Shown one piece after another: positions 8,519 through 16,825 of a stretch of DNA of 64,000 bases. The notes under the pieces are model-generated. The model was not told the DNA's origin. It saw only the letters and a program-made list of their open reading frames with translations, and did not search any database. The position numbers and the translations under genes are program-made. The stretch is from Candidatus Glassbacteria bacterium (GTDB taxonomy: Bacteria > Gemmatimonadota > Glassbacteria > GWA2-58-10). The stretch lies in NCBI GenBank assembly GCA_963752515.1, contig CAVVYO010000006.1, positions 466,284 to 530,283 of the forward strand. The letters run 5' to 3'. How positions within the stretch are numbered: the first letter of the stretch is position 1; each line of letters starts with the position of its first letter.

Positions 8519-10093
8519 ATGATGCCTTTCCGGAAGTTAATACCCCTGGCCTTGGCCCTGTTCCTCTGCGCCGCCTGGTCGGCCTCCGCTCTGATCGCGC
8601 AGCGGAGAGCGCAGGGGGCGCTGGTGCAGGCGACCGCCACCCCGGACGACACGACGGGCTGGGACTGGGAGCGCTATGGCCGGCGGCTGGCCGGCCAACT
8701 GGCCGAACGGATCGAGGCCCGGGTGCGCGAGGGCCTCCCCCGCCGCGAGTTTGTCACCGACACCACCGGGGCCCGGCTCACCTTCCGTTTCCGGCTGGAT
8801 GGCGAGGGCCGGCTCAAGTCGTTCTACCAGCTCAAGCCCAGCCACCGTTACCTGGCCTACCTGGTCGAGCGCACCGCCCGCGAGCTGCCGGACTTCCCTC
8901 CCCCGCCCGCGGAGTTCCCGCTGTTTTACCTCGATGGCAACCTGGTGCTGGAGCTGGCATTCCAGCCCACCGGACGCTACAAGCGCTTCTACTTCGAGGA
9001 ACCGCTGGACTCGCTGCTCCCGCTGGAGGGGCCGGTGCTGACCTGGCAGGCCTCCACTGGGCCGCTTTTCCTCTATGAACCCACTGACCTGGACAAGCAG
9101 AAGCTGCTGGACAATTTCAAGCAGCGGATCGGGATCCTGGAGGAGATCAAGGACACCAGCAGCTTCACTCCGCTCGATTTCCGCGGGCGGCGGGTGGCGG
9201 TAACTGTCCCGTTCGACAGCCTGAGCGAAGACACGGAGCAGACCCGCTGGCTGGTCGCGAAGCTGGAGGGCGCGCTGGAATCTTCCGGGGCGACCATCGG
9301 CACCGATCAGTACGAGGAGCGCCGTCAGCGGATGGCAGAGGCCCCGCCCGACACTATCTCCAGTTGGCCCGCCGATTCCGCGGCCGCTCGATCCGATTCA
9401 GTCGCGACCGATTCCGCTACTGTCGATTCCACCGCCATCGATTCCGCCGCTGCGGCGCCGGCCCCGGTGCGGGACCTGAACCAGGCTTTCGCCAGCCGGG
9501 CGCTGGAAGACCTGCTGGTGCTGGCGGTGGCAGTGGCGCCCTGCAAAGCCGGGGCCAGTTGCCGGATCCGGCTCTACCCGATGGCTGATCCGACCGATCT
9601 CAAGCGGGCGATCGAGCTGCAACTGCCGCTGACCCTGTCCGGGGCGCTGCCGGACAGCGCCGGGGTGCTGCTGGTGCGACGGCTGACCACTCCGCCGGAG
9701 CGTCCTAAACCGCCCGAGCCGCCCAAACCCGCGGCTGCCGCGCCGGCCGCGGTCCCTCCGGCCGGCGACACCACCAGGGCCGCGACCGCCGCCGCTCCGG
9801 GTGACACCATCGCCGCGACAGCAACCCCGGCCCCGGCCGCGAGCGACTCCATCGCCGCGACAGCAGCCCCGGCTCCGGCCGACAGTTCCGGCGCCGCACC
9901 TCAGACCGCGCCGCCGGCCGCTCCGGCCGATTCCGCCGCGACCGGCCAGCCGGCCCCCGGCAACACCGCTCCACCGGCCGCGGACAGCACCGCTCCGGCG
10001 GCTCCCCCGGCGGACCAGACGCCCGCTCCCGGCCAGACCGCCCCGGCCGACAGTTCTTCCGGACAGCAGCCGCCGGGCGGCACGACCCCCTGA
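8519..10093 (+). CDS. Secreted hypothetical protein with a Pro/Ala/Thr/Asp-Ser low-complexity C-terminal half
   Basis: Intact 524-aa ORF. Signal peptide MMPFRKLIPLALALFLCAAWSASA. Repeated xDSx and PAPA tracts after about residue 290. No family recognised. Confidence 0.7.
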   Translation: MMPFRKLIPLALALFLCAAWSASALIAQRRAQGALVQATATPDDTTGWDWERYGRRLAGQLAERIEARVREGLPRREFVTDTTGARLTFRFRLDGEGRLKSFYQLKPSHRYLAYLVERTARELPDFPPPPAEFPLFYLDGNLVLELAFQPTGRYKRFYFEEPLDSLLPLEGPVLTWQASTGPLFLYEPTDLDKQKLLDNFKQRIGILEEIKDTSSFTPLDFRGRRVAVTVPFDSLSEDTEQTRWLVAKLEGALESSGATIGTDQYEERRQRMAEAPPDTISSWPADSAAARSDSVATDSATVDSTAIDSAAAAPAPVRDLNQAFASRALEDLLVLAVAVAPCKAGASCRIRLYPMADPTDLKRAIELQLPLTLSGALPDSAGVLLVRRLTTPPERPKPPEPPKPAAAAPAAVPPAGDTTRAATAAAPGDTIAATATPAPAASDSIAATAAPAPADSSGAAPQTAPPAAPADSAATGQPAPGNTAPPAADSTAPAAPPADQTPAPGQTAPADSSSGQQPPGGTTP

Positions 10094-10110
10094 GGCCAAT
10101 CGACAGCTGA

Positions 10111-10180
10111 GATTTTCCGGGGGGAGGGCGGAAATCCCGATGCAATCGTGGATTTCTTCCCTCCCCAAACTTTTTCGATA
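10111..10180. repeat. G/C-rich hairpin intergenic repeat, copy 1 (inverted orientation)
   Basis: CCGGGGGGAGGGCGGAAATCCCGAT-gca-ATCGTGGATTTCTTCCCTCCCC followed by AAACTTTTTCGATA. Same family as 20352, 23142, 43010 and 52268. Confidence 0.7.
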
Positions 10181-10230
10181 GTTTTATCCTGATCGGACAG
10201 CAAGTCAGGATCAAGCGGATCGAACATCCA

Positions 10231-10270
10231 GCGCAAAATAACGAAAGGCGACCCGCGCGGGTCGCCCTTC
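10231..10270 (-). terminator. Rho-independent terminator of the PfkB-HAD gene
   Basis: The minus strand reads GGGCGACCCGCGCGGGTCGCC followed by TTTCGTTATTTTG, ~30 nt after the stop at 10298. Confidence 0.7.
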
Positions 10271-10297
10271 GTGCTGCGATCCTTCCCTCCGCAAGCT

Positions 10298-12205
10298 TCA
10301 GCTCTGGCCCAGCAGGTAGGCCAGCAGCAACGGGGCCTGGGTGTAGTCCTCGATGATCAGGTCCGCCCCGGCCCGGATCAACCGCTCGCGCTTCTTGAGG
10401 TCGATCCCGTAGCGACGGACCTCGTCCGAGGCGATCCCGACCGCGATCCCGCCCCGCCGCTTCGACTCGCGGATCTCCACCGGCCCATCGCCGAAAGTGC
10501 AGAGCTGCGGCCCCTCCAGCCCATGCTCGGTCATGATCCGGGCGATCAGCTTGCGCTTGGAGAACTTGGTGAGGTCCCCCACGCTGCCGTAGATCCCGCC
10601 ATCGAACGCCGCGGCATAGCCCAGGCGACCGGCCTCGCGCAGCACATCCTCCTCGTCTGTCCCGCTGGCCAGGTAGCAGTGCAGCCCCCGCTCGCGCAAG
10701 GCGAACACGAACCCCACCGCGCCTTTCATCGTAAAATCCTCCACCTCCAGCTCGCCCCGCTCCAGGCATTCCAGCCGGCGATCCACCATCTCCAGCAACT
10801 TGACATTGTAAAGCGCCTTGTAGCCGAGCGGGTCGAGCACCTGGTCCGCGGGCACATAGCCGAACTCCCGCACCATTTCCACCAGCCCCTGCATCTGGAT
10901 GATGGTCTGGATCCCGGTGGTCTGGTCGATGAACTCCCGCACCCGCTCCCGGAGGCGATGGAACTCGCCGGAGGAGACGATCCGATAGGCCGCGCCCAGG
11001 ATCGACTCCAGCATCACCTCCTCCATGATCGGCTCCCAGCCCTGGCGCAGCACGCTGATCGTCCCATCGTGGTCGAACACCGCGTGGAGGATCTGCCCGC
11101 GCACGATCTCCGGGCCGACCAGCTCGATGCGGGTGCCGGGCAGGTAGCGCGCCTGGCGCGGGTCCTCGGCCAGGTCGGTGCGGACTACCAGGTTGCCCTC
11201 GCCGGCGATGCGCAGGATTTCCTCCGGGGAGGCGGTCCCGGTCTGGCGCAGCTTGCGGACAGTCACCGCGGCGGCGAAATTGCCCAGCAGGGCGGCCTGG
11301 GGCAGCTCCAGCCCGGCGGCCAGGGCGGTGGTCAGCGCGGCGACCATCGTGTCCCCGGCCCCGACCGGGTCCACCGGGCCGGTGACCTGCACCCCCGGCA
11401 CATCCTCGGCCCGATCTCCGCTCCAGACCAGGCCGCCGCGCTTGCCGCGGGTGACCACGATCGGGCGGAGACAGCCGGCGAACAGATTTTCCAAAGCCTC
11501 GACAATCTGGCCGCGATCCACCGGGTAGCCCGGCCCCAGGCTCTCCACGCCCTGACGGGCCTCCAGCAGCGAGACCTCGTTGAACTTGAGCGCGATCCCG
11601 CGGAAACGGGTCAGGCTGCGGCGGACATCGGCCAGGATCAGCTTGTGGGGGAACGCCGCGGCCAGCTCGTTCAGGCGGTCGATGCAGCCGCCGATCATTA
11701 GGGGCCGGGGCAGCTGCTGGTTGACGATCAGGGCATCGAGCGACGGCAGGCGCTCCTCCAGCTTGTTGAACAGCGCCTCCCGGCTCCGGTCCGACAGCTC
11801 GTTGTGGAAGCCGAAATCCAGCCGGCGCTGTTCCTCCCCCTCCAGGTGGGGCTTGCTCCAGACATGGGTGTCCCAGCCCTCGCGCTGGACCACGATCCCG
11901 CCGGTCTCCACCCCCAGGCGCTCCAGCAGCTCCACCAGCTCGCGGCCGAACAGGTCCGCCCCGCGCACCCCGAACGCCTCCAGCCCGGCCGGACGCAGCG
12001 CCGCCAGGTTGGCGACCGTGTTGCCCGCTCCGCCCAGGCTGTAGCGTTGGGAGCGGACCACCAGCGCCCGCTTGCCGGTCTCCACCGACAGCTCGCCGAC
12101 CCCATCCTCGAGCATCCAGTAGGCATCGATCGCGAAATCCCCCAGCACCCCGATCCTCAAGCCCCCGATCGCCTCCAGCACTGCGCCGATCCGTTCCTCC
12201 ATCAT
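10298..12205 (-). CDS. Fusion protein: PfkB-family sugar kinase (RfaE/HldA-like N-terminus) plus HAD-superfamily hydrolase
   Basis: Intact 635-aa ORF. N-terminal motifs: LGDFAIDAYW.., SLGGAGNTVANL, and the PfkB signature DPVGAGDT. C-terminal HAD motifs: DHDGT (DxDxT), ASGT, GDGPVE. Confidence 0.85.
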   Translation of the reverse strand: MMEERIGAVLEAIGGLRIGVLGDFAIDAYWMLEDGVGELSVETGKRALVVRSQRYSLGGAGNTVANLAALRPAGLEAFGVRGADLFGRELVELLERLGVETGGIVVQREGWDTHVWSKPHLEGEEQRRLDFGFHNELSDRSREALFNKLEERLPSLDALIVNQQLPRPLMIGGCIDRLNELAAAFPHKLILADVRRSLTRFRGIALKFNEVSLLEARQGVESLGPGYPVDRGQIVEALENLFAGCLRPIVVTRGKRGGLVWSGDRAEDVPGVQVTGPVDPVGAGDTMVAALTTALAAGLELPQAALLGNFAAAVTVRKLRQTGTASPEEILRIAGEGNLVVRTDLAEDPRQARYLPGTRIELVGPEIVRGQILHAVFDHDGTISVLRQGWEPIMEEVMLESILGAAYRIVSSGEFHRLRERVREFIDQTTGIQTIIQMQGLVEMVREFGYVPADQVLDPLGYKALYNVKLLEMVDRRLECLERGELEVEDFTMKGAVGFVFALRERGLHCYLASGTDEEDVLREAGRLGYAAAFDGGIYGSVGDLTKFSKRKLIARIMTEHGLEGPQLCTFGDGPVEIRESKRRGGIAVGIASDEVRRYGIDLKKRERLIRAGADLIIEDYTQAPLLLAYLLGQS

Positions 12206-12367
12206 CTTGGCACCATCCGTGACTGTTCTTGAGGTGGTCCGCCCGCGCGGGCGGTGGATTTTTCCATCGGGTTTTCGCCCCGAAAGCTATCAGCCCCGGC
12301 CGGGGTTGTCAAGCTCGCCCCCGGCCGGGTCCGCAAGCGCCGCCGGCCCCGCATCCGCGCAGAGTTG

Positions 12368-12396
12368 TTGACTGCCGGAGGGCTTTCCCTTAGCTT
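12368..12396 (+). promoter_or_regulatory. Weak candidate sigma70-type promoter
   Basis: TTGACT (12368-12373), 17 nt spacer, TAGCTT (12391-12396), ~85 nt upstream of the ATG at 12479. Confidence 0.3.
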
Positions 12397-12478
12397 AAAA
12401 CCAGGCCCTGATGACTTCCGCGCGCGAGCCGCGGCAAGTCCGGCGAGGGCGGGACAAACTCAGTCAGAGAAGGTGGGG

Positions 12479-13591
12479 ATGGATTCAGCCAAGTATGTGA
12501 TCATCGGCGCCGGGTTGGCCGGGGCCGCGACCGCCTATTTCCTGGCCCGCCAGGGAGAACGCGAGGTCCTGATCCTGGAGCGGGAGCAAGTGCCCGGCCT
12601 GCACAGCTCCGGCCGCAACGCGGCGATGGTGCGGCAGGTCGTGGCGCAGAAGGACATCCTGCGCCTGGCGGCCCGCGGCGCGCGCTTCTTCCACTCCCGC
12701 CCGGAGGACTGGGACCAGGAGGTGCCGCTGGCCCGCACCGGCTCGATCCTGGTGGCCGGGCAGTGGAGCTGGCTGGAGCTGGAGGCCCAGAGCCGGATGG
12801 CCGGTGAGCATGAGGTGGAATGCGAGATCTGGCAGCCGGACCGGATCAAGGAGACTGTCCCCTGCACCGAGCGGGGACGGTTCTGCTGCGGGGTCTACTG
12901 CCCATTGGATGGGGTGACCGACACCGACCGGCTGATGAGCGGGTTCCTCGGCGCGGCCCGCCGTTACGGGGTGCGGCTCGAGTCCGAGCGCGAGGTGACC
13001 GGAATCCTCACCGAGCGGGGGAAAGTGGCCGGAGTCGAGACCACCCGGGGACCGGTGCGCTGCGAAACCGTGGTCAACGCCGCCGGGGCCTGGGCGGCCG
13101 GGATCGCCGCGCGGGCCGGAGCGCTCGAGATCGAGCTCACCCCCCTGCGGCGCCACCTGATGTACACCGGCGAGCTGGACTGGGTCGATCCGAGCTGGCC
13201 CTACATCTGGGACATCGAGCGCGATGTCTACTTCCGGCCGGAATCGGGCGGGCTGCTGCTCAGCCCCTGCGATGAGGCCCGGGTCGAACCCGGCATCCCG
13301 GTCACCGACCCCGCGGCCCAGGACCTGCTGGCCGAGAAGCTGGGGCATAGTTTCCCGCAACTGCTGGAGCTGCCGATCGCCCGCAGCTGGGCCGGGATCA
13401 GGACTTTCGCCCCGGACCGGATGTTCGTGCTGGGCTGGGACCCGCGGCTAACCGGATTCTACTGGGTGGCGGGGCTGGGCGGGCATGGGGTGACCACCAG
13501 CCCGGCGGTGGGTGAGCTGGCCGCCGGAGAGCTGCTGGCCGGCCGCACCCCGGAGGACTCGCCGTTCCGGCCCGCCCGTTTCCCGCGGTGA
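12479..13591 (+). CDS. FAD-dependent oxidoreductase (DAO / glycine-sarcosine oxidase-like family)
   Basis: Dinucleotide-binding start MDSAKYVIIGAGLAGAATAYFLARQG.EVLILE, with a GAGAAGGTGGGG RBS-like sequence upstream. The ORF track starts earlier (12254), but that extension is not protein-like. Confidence 0.85.
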   Translation: MDSAKYVIIGAGLAGAATAYFLARQGEREVLILEREQVPGLHSSGRNAAMVRQVVAQKDILRLAARGARFFHSRPEDWDQEVPLARTGSILVAGQWSWLELEAQSRMAGEHEVECEIWQPDRIKETVPCTERGRFCCGVYCPLDGVTDTDRLMSGFLGAARRYGVRLESEREVTGILTERGKVAGVETTRGPVRCETVVNAAGAWAAGIAARAGALEIELTPLRRHLMYTGELDWVDPSWPYIWDIERDVYFRPESGGLLLSPCDEARVEPGIPVTDPAAQDLLAEKLGHSFPQLLELPIARSWAGIRTFAPDRMFVLGWDPRLTGFYWVAGLGGHGVTTSPAVGELAAGELLAGRTPEDSPFRPARFPR

Positions 13592-13624
13592 GCCGGCGCT
13601 GGAGCGGAGGGGAAGCTCCGGCTT

Positions 13625-14040
13625 CTTCTTTATCCTCTAAATCCTTCGGATTTTTCTACTTCTGTGACCAGAAGTAGCAAGAGTCTTTAACAGCAGGACC
13701 GCGAAGCTGGAGGGAAATCTTCAGCTTGTTCTTTATCCCCTAAATCCTTCGGATTTTTCTACTTCTGTGACCAGAAGTAGCAAGAGTCTCTTGAAGCCAA
13801 GGCCGCGAAGCTGAAACAACACCAAGGTCTTGAATAGACGGCGGTGTGCCTGCGGGAGTAAAAACGCTCCTTCGGCGGTCGCCGCGTTTCGCGCCATACC
13901 GTGGCGCTGCAACGCCATGGCCTGCCGGGCTCTCTCACTTCGTAGCAGTAGCCACGATGGAAATAGGGAAAATCACCCGCCGCTGCCTTTTGCCTCCAGC
14001 CGCGGCCCAAAGGCCCCACCCCACTCCTCACAAACAAGCC
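13625..14040. repeat. ~420-bp non-coding repeat, copy A (two ~102-bp tandem hairpin sub-units plus a ~250-bp core)
   Basis: Aligns along its length with 21127-21540 in the same orientation. Hairpins CTACTTCTG-tgac-CAGAAGTAG lie at 13657-13678 and 13759-13780. Conserved core block: GTCGCCGCGTTTCGCGCCAT.CC.TGGCGCTGCAACGCCATGGCCTGCCGGGCTC. Confidence 0.8.
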
Positions 14041-14164
14041 CTTTCTTCAAGGCTGATTCCATGCTTTGTTGAATGGGATTGTGCCGTATGGGCGCGGCAT
14101 GCCGCACCCCTGCAACAGGTTACGGGCCTGCTTCCGCTACCCGGACCCGGCATGGTCATCGGGT

Positions 14165-14551
14165 TCACAGCCGGTCGAGCATCCGTTGCAGGCTGTCCTT
14201 CACCCGAGTGGCGAGGGCGGTGAGCGCGGGCTCGCCGGCATCTTTCATCACCGCCACCGGGTCCATCGCCGAGACCTCCACCTGGCCGCCCGCGTGCTCC
14301 TGCACGACCACATTGCAGGGCAGCAGCACCCCGATCTTGTCGTCCAGCCCCAGCGCCTCGTGGGCGAACCGCGGGTTGCAGGCCCCGAGGATGCGGTAGG
14401 GACGGAACTCCAGCTCCAGCTTTTTCTTCAGGGTGGCCCGCACATCGATCTCGGTCAGCACCCCGAAACCCTCGCGGGCCAGCTCATCGCTCACCCGCCG
14501 CAGGGCCTCCTCGAACGAATACGCCACCAGCTTGCTCAGGTGATACTGCAT
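14165..14551 (-). CDS. DUF302 domain protein
   Basis: Intact 128-aa ORF. The pattern ..GFGVLTEIDV...LKKKL......YRILGACNP..A...L......IG.LLPCNVVV is characteristic of DUF302. Confidence 0.85.
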   Translation of the reverse strand: MQYHLSKLVAYSFEEALRRVSDELAREGFGVLTEIDVRATLKKKLELEFRPYRILGACNPRFAHEALGLDDKIGVLLPCNVVVQEHAGGQVEVSAMDPVAVMKDAGEPALTALATRVKDSLQRMLDRL

Positions 14552-14587
14552 GTTCTCCCCTCCCGCCGTTGATCCAGCCCTCGCCGT

Positions 14588-15124
14588 TCAGCGCCATTTG
14601 ACCGAGCAGCCCACCGGCGGGGTGCCGGCAATCGCCACCGCTTCGCCCGCCAGCACCGCCTCGATCGCCTCCTTCAGATAGGCGTGGCGCACCTGGTCCG
14701 GCTCCTCGTAGTTGTCATCCGGGGCGCCGTGGTAGACCAGCCGGCGCTCGCGGTCGAACACGAACACCTCGGGCGTGCGCTCGGCCCCATAGCCGCGGGC
14801 CACCTCCTGGCTCTCATCCCGCAGGAATGGGAAGGGATAGCTCTTTTCGCGGGCATGGGCCTGCATGGCCGCGAAACTGTCCTGCGGGTAGCGCACCTCA
14901 TCGTTGGCGTTGATCAGCACGAACGACACCCCGCGGTCGTGGTACTTTCGCTGGAGGTCGATCAGCCGGTCCTCCCAGGCCCGGACGTACGGGCAGTGGA
15001 CACAGGAGATCACCACCACCAGCACCCCGCTGCCGGAAAAGTCCTCCAGCGAGTAGCTTTTGCCATCGACCGCCGGCAGGTCGAAACCCGGCGCGCGGTC
15101 ACCGAGATTGAGCTTGGCCATCAC
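14588..15124 (-). CDS. Thioredoxin-fold redoxin (AhpC/TSA-TlpA-like thiol-disulfide oxidoreductase)
   Basis: Intact 178-aa ORF with a CVHCP (CxxC) active-site motif in a redoxin context (GDRAPGFDLPAVDGKSYSLEDF..VLVVVISCVHCPYV). Confidence 0.85.
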   Translation of the reverse strand: MMAKLNLGDRAPGFDLPAVDGKSYSLEDFSGSGVLVVVISCVHCPYVRAWEDRLIDLQRKYHDRGVSFVLINANDEVRYPQDSFAAMQAHAREKSYPFPFLRDESQEVARGYGAERTPEVFVFDRERRLVYHGAPDDNYEEPDQVRHAYLKEAIEAVLAGEAVAIAGTPPVGCSVKWR

Positions 15125-15183
15125 AGCCTCCTGTCACCTGGCCCCTGAGTGCCTGCGAAATCACCCCCATCCGGGGGTGGCGA

Positions 15184-15621
15184 TCAATGGCGCTCCGGCC
15201 GGAGCGCGCGGCGGATCGTTTCCCGCGAGGGCAGCGGCGAGAAACGCCCATCATCGTGGCGGTAGATCCGGCAGTTCAGCCCGAACGGCTGGCCCGTCAG
15301 GCCCGCCGGGTCGATGTCCCGCCCATTGACCCGGATGGTCGGCGAGCCGATGAACTGCAGACGCTCGGCCTCCTGTTGGGTGGGGACGCGGATCACGGTC
15401 GCCACCAGGTCCAGCCCCTCCTCGGCCAGCACCTCTTTCAGCCGTTCCAGGGCATGGTCATGGGAGGGGCAATCCTCCCAGTACAGGAAATCGACACTCA
15501 GCCCGGCCTGACCTTTTCGCTCGACCGGGTGGGCATGGGATCCGCCCTCCATCCGCGATTCCTGGTGCATGGAACCGGCCCGGAACTCCCCGAGCCGGAT
15601 CGAGCTATAGCTCATTTTCAT
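15184..15621 (-). CDS. Small thioredoxin-like-fold protein; start codon uncertain
   Basis: ..VDFLYWEDCPSHDHALERLKEVLAEEGL...VIRV.T.EEAERL.FIGSPTIRVNGRDI.. resembles glutaredoxin/thioredoxin-like single-domain proteins. The N-terminal ~40 aa may not be translated. Confidence 0.6.
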   Translation of the reverse strand: MKMSYSSIRLGEFRAGSMHQESRMEGGSHAHPVERKGQAGLSVDFLYWEDCPSHDHALERLKEVLAEEGLDLVATVIRVPTQQEAERLQFIGSPTIRVNGRDIDPAGLTGQPFGLNCRIYRHDDGRFSPLPSRETIRRALRPERH

Positions 15622-15759
15622 CGTCAGCCCCCTGTCGGCAGCGGCGCTTCCCGCCCGGCGGAACTCCCCCGGCGGGCGCGGCGCCCGGTTGTGATGCTCC
15701 TGTCCGACGCCGGGTCAGCCCTGGCCCCCGGCAACACTCCCCCCCGAAACTCAGTTCCT

Positions 15760-16758
15760 TCAGGACTTCCAGGCCGGGTAGGAGAACAGCGGCCTGGCCA
15801 CTTCCTCCGCCTGAACCGCCAACTGGCGCTTCTCCTCTTCCGACACCGGGATAAACCGCGGAGCCAGCCGGAGCGCCATCCGGAACAGATGCTCCTCCCC
15901 CGGCGGGATCGCCGCGGTGACCGGCAGCGAGAACGTGAAACGGTAGCTGCGTTCGAGCTCCTGCTCACTCTCGTGCGGCGTGTACCAGCACTTGGAGTAC
16001 TTCGGCTTCTGCCCCTGCTCCAGCCGCGAATGGGCCCCGGGCTTGAGCGCCAGCACCGCCATATCTTTTTCCAGGGCCTTGTCGATCACCTGCGGCCCGA
16101 AATTGCCCTTGTACCAGCAGCCCCAGTTGACCGGAATCAGCGCGGAGTTGAAATCGAACCGCTCGATCGCGGCCAGGGCCGCCTCCACCGAGTGGGCCGA
16201 GAAGCCGAGGTAGCGCACCTTGCCCTGTTCCCGGGCCTTGATGAAAGTCTCCATCGCCCCGCCGGGACCGAACGCCTGCTCGATGTCCTCCCGGGACTGG
16301 ATCGCGTGGAGCTGGTAGAGATCGAAATGGTCGGTGCGCAAGCGCCTGAGCGAGCGCTCCAGTTCCTCCCGCGCCCCGGCCGCGCTCCGCTCGGTGGTCT
16401 TGCAGGCCAGGAACACCTGCTTGCGGAACGGCTCCAGGGCCGGCCCCAGCTTCTGCTCGGCCTCGCCATCGCCGTAAGTCGGGGCCACATCGAAATAGTT
16501 CACTCCGGCCTCGAACGCCTCCCGCACCACCTGGTCGGCATGCGCCTGCTCCCCACCGTTGACCACGATCCCCCCGAACCCGATGATCGAGAGCATCTCG
16601 CCGGTCTTGCCGTAAGGACGGCGCGGCAGCGGGCCGGATTGGTCCTGCACCGCGGCCCGGGCCACCCCGGCGGCGGGCAGGCCGGCGGCCGCGGTCGCGG
16701 CCAGGGACAGCTTGAAAAATTCGCTTCGCTTCATGGCTCGGAACCTTTCATTCTCCAC
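15760..16758 (-). CDS. Aldo/keto reductase with N-terminal signal peptide (paralogue 1 of 3 in tandem)
   Basis: AKR motifs: GVNYFDVAPTYGDGEAE, LRRLRTDHFDLYQLH, RYLGFSAHS. Signal-like MKRSEFFKLSLAATAAAGLPAAGVARA. The true start may be the ATG at 16734. Confidence 0.9.
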   Translation of the reverse strand: MENERFRAMKRSEFFKLSLAATAAAGLPAAGVARAAVQDQSGPLPRRPYGKTGEMLSIIGFGGIVVNGGEQAHADQVVREAFEAGVNYFDVAPTYGDGEAEQKLGPALEPFRKQVFLACKTTERSAAGAREELERSLRRLRTDHFDLYQLHAIQSREDIEQAFGPGGAMETFIKAREQGKVRYLGFSAHSVEAALAAIERFDFNSALIPVNWGCWYKGNFGPQVIDKALEKDMAVLALKPGAHSRLEQGQKPKYSKCWYTPHESEQELERSYRFTFSLPVTAAIPPGEEHLFRMALRLAPRFIPVSEEEKRQLAVQAEEVARPLFSYPAWKS

Positions 16759-16796
16759 TCGAAGAAATCATTATAATCAACTGATATTCATAGTTA

Positions 16797-16825
16797 TATA
16801 AAATATCTCGCCGGCGCCGTGTCAA
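16797..16825 (-). promoter_or_regulatory. Candidate internal sigma70-type promoter for AKR paralogue 1
   Basis: The minus strand reads TTGACA (16825-16820, overlapping the stop of the upstream AKR), 17 nt spacer, TTTATA (16802-16797). It sits in a conspicuously AT-rich 60-bp spacer. Confidence 0.4.

Noticed and set aside
12208-12225. Second sigma54-like element, TGGCAC-catcc-GTGAC, just inside the divergent region at 12.2 kb. Other partial matches are TGGCAT at 41085 and TAGCAC..GCAAT at 52890.
   Set aside because: The -12 TTGC/GC element is missing or mis-spaced in each case. Only the 50464-50479 site matches both elements with correct spacing and has an enhancer-binding protein next to it.
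13780-13812. SRP-RNA-like motif (..AGTAGCAAGAGTCTCTTGAAGCCAAGGCCGCGAAGC..) inside the repeat sub-units.
   Set aside because: The similarity to the GGAAGCAGCCAAGG motif of 4.5S RNA is short. The sequence occurs four times as part of a dispersed repeat, which is incompatible with a single-copy SRP RNA gene.
14081-14130. Group II intron domain-V-like sequence (GTGCCGTATGGGCGCGGCATGCCGCAC...GGTTACGGGC) at the right edge of repeat copy A.
   Set aside because: The resemblance to the GAGCCGUAU...ACGUACGG pattern is only partial. There is no GNRA loop in the right place, no reverse-transcriptase/maturase ORF and no recognisable 5' GUGYG or domain VI. It is probably coincidental GC-rich pairing.
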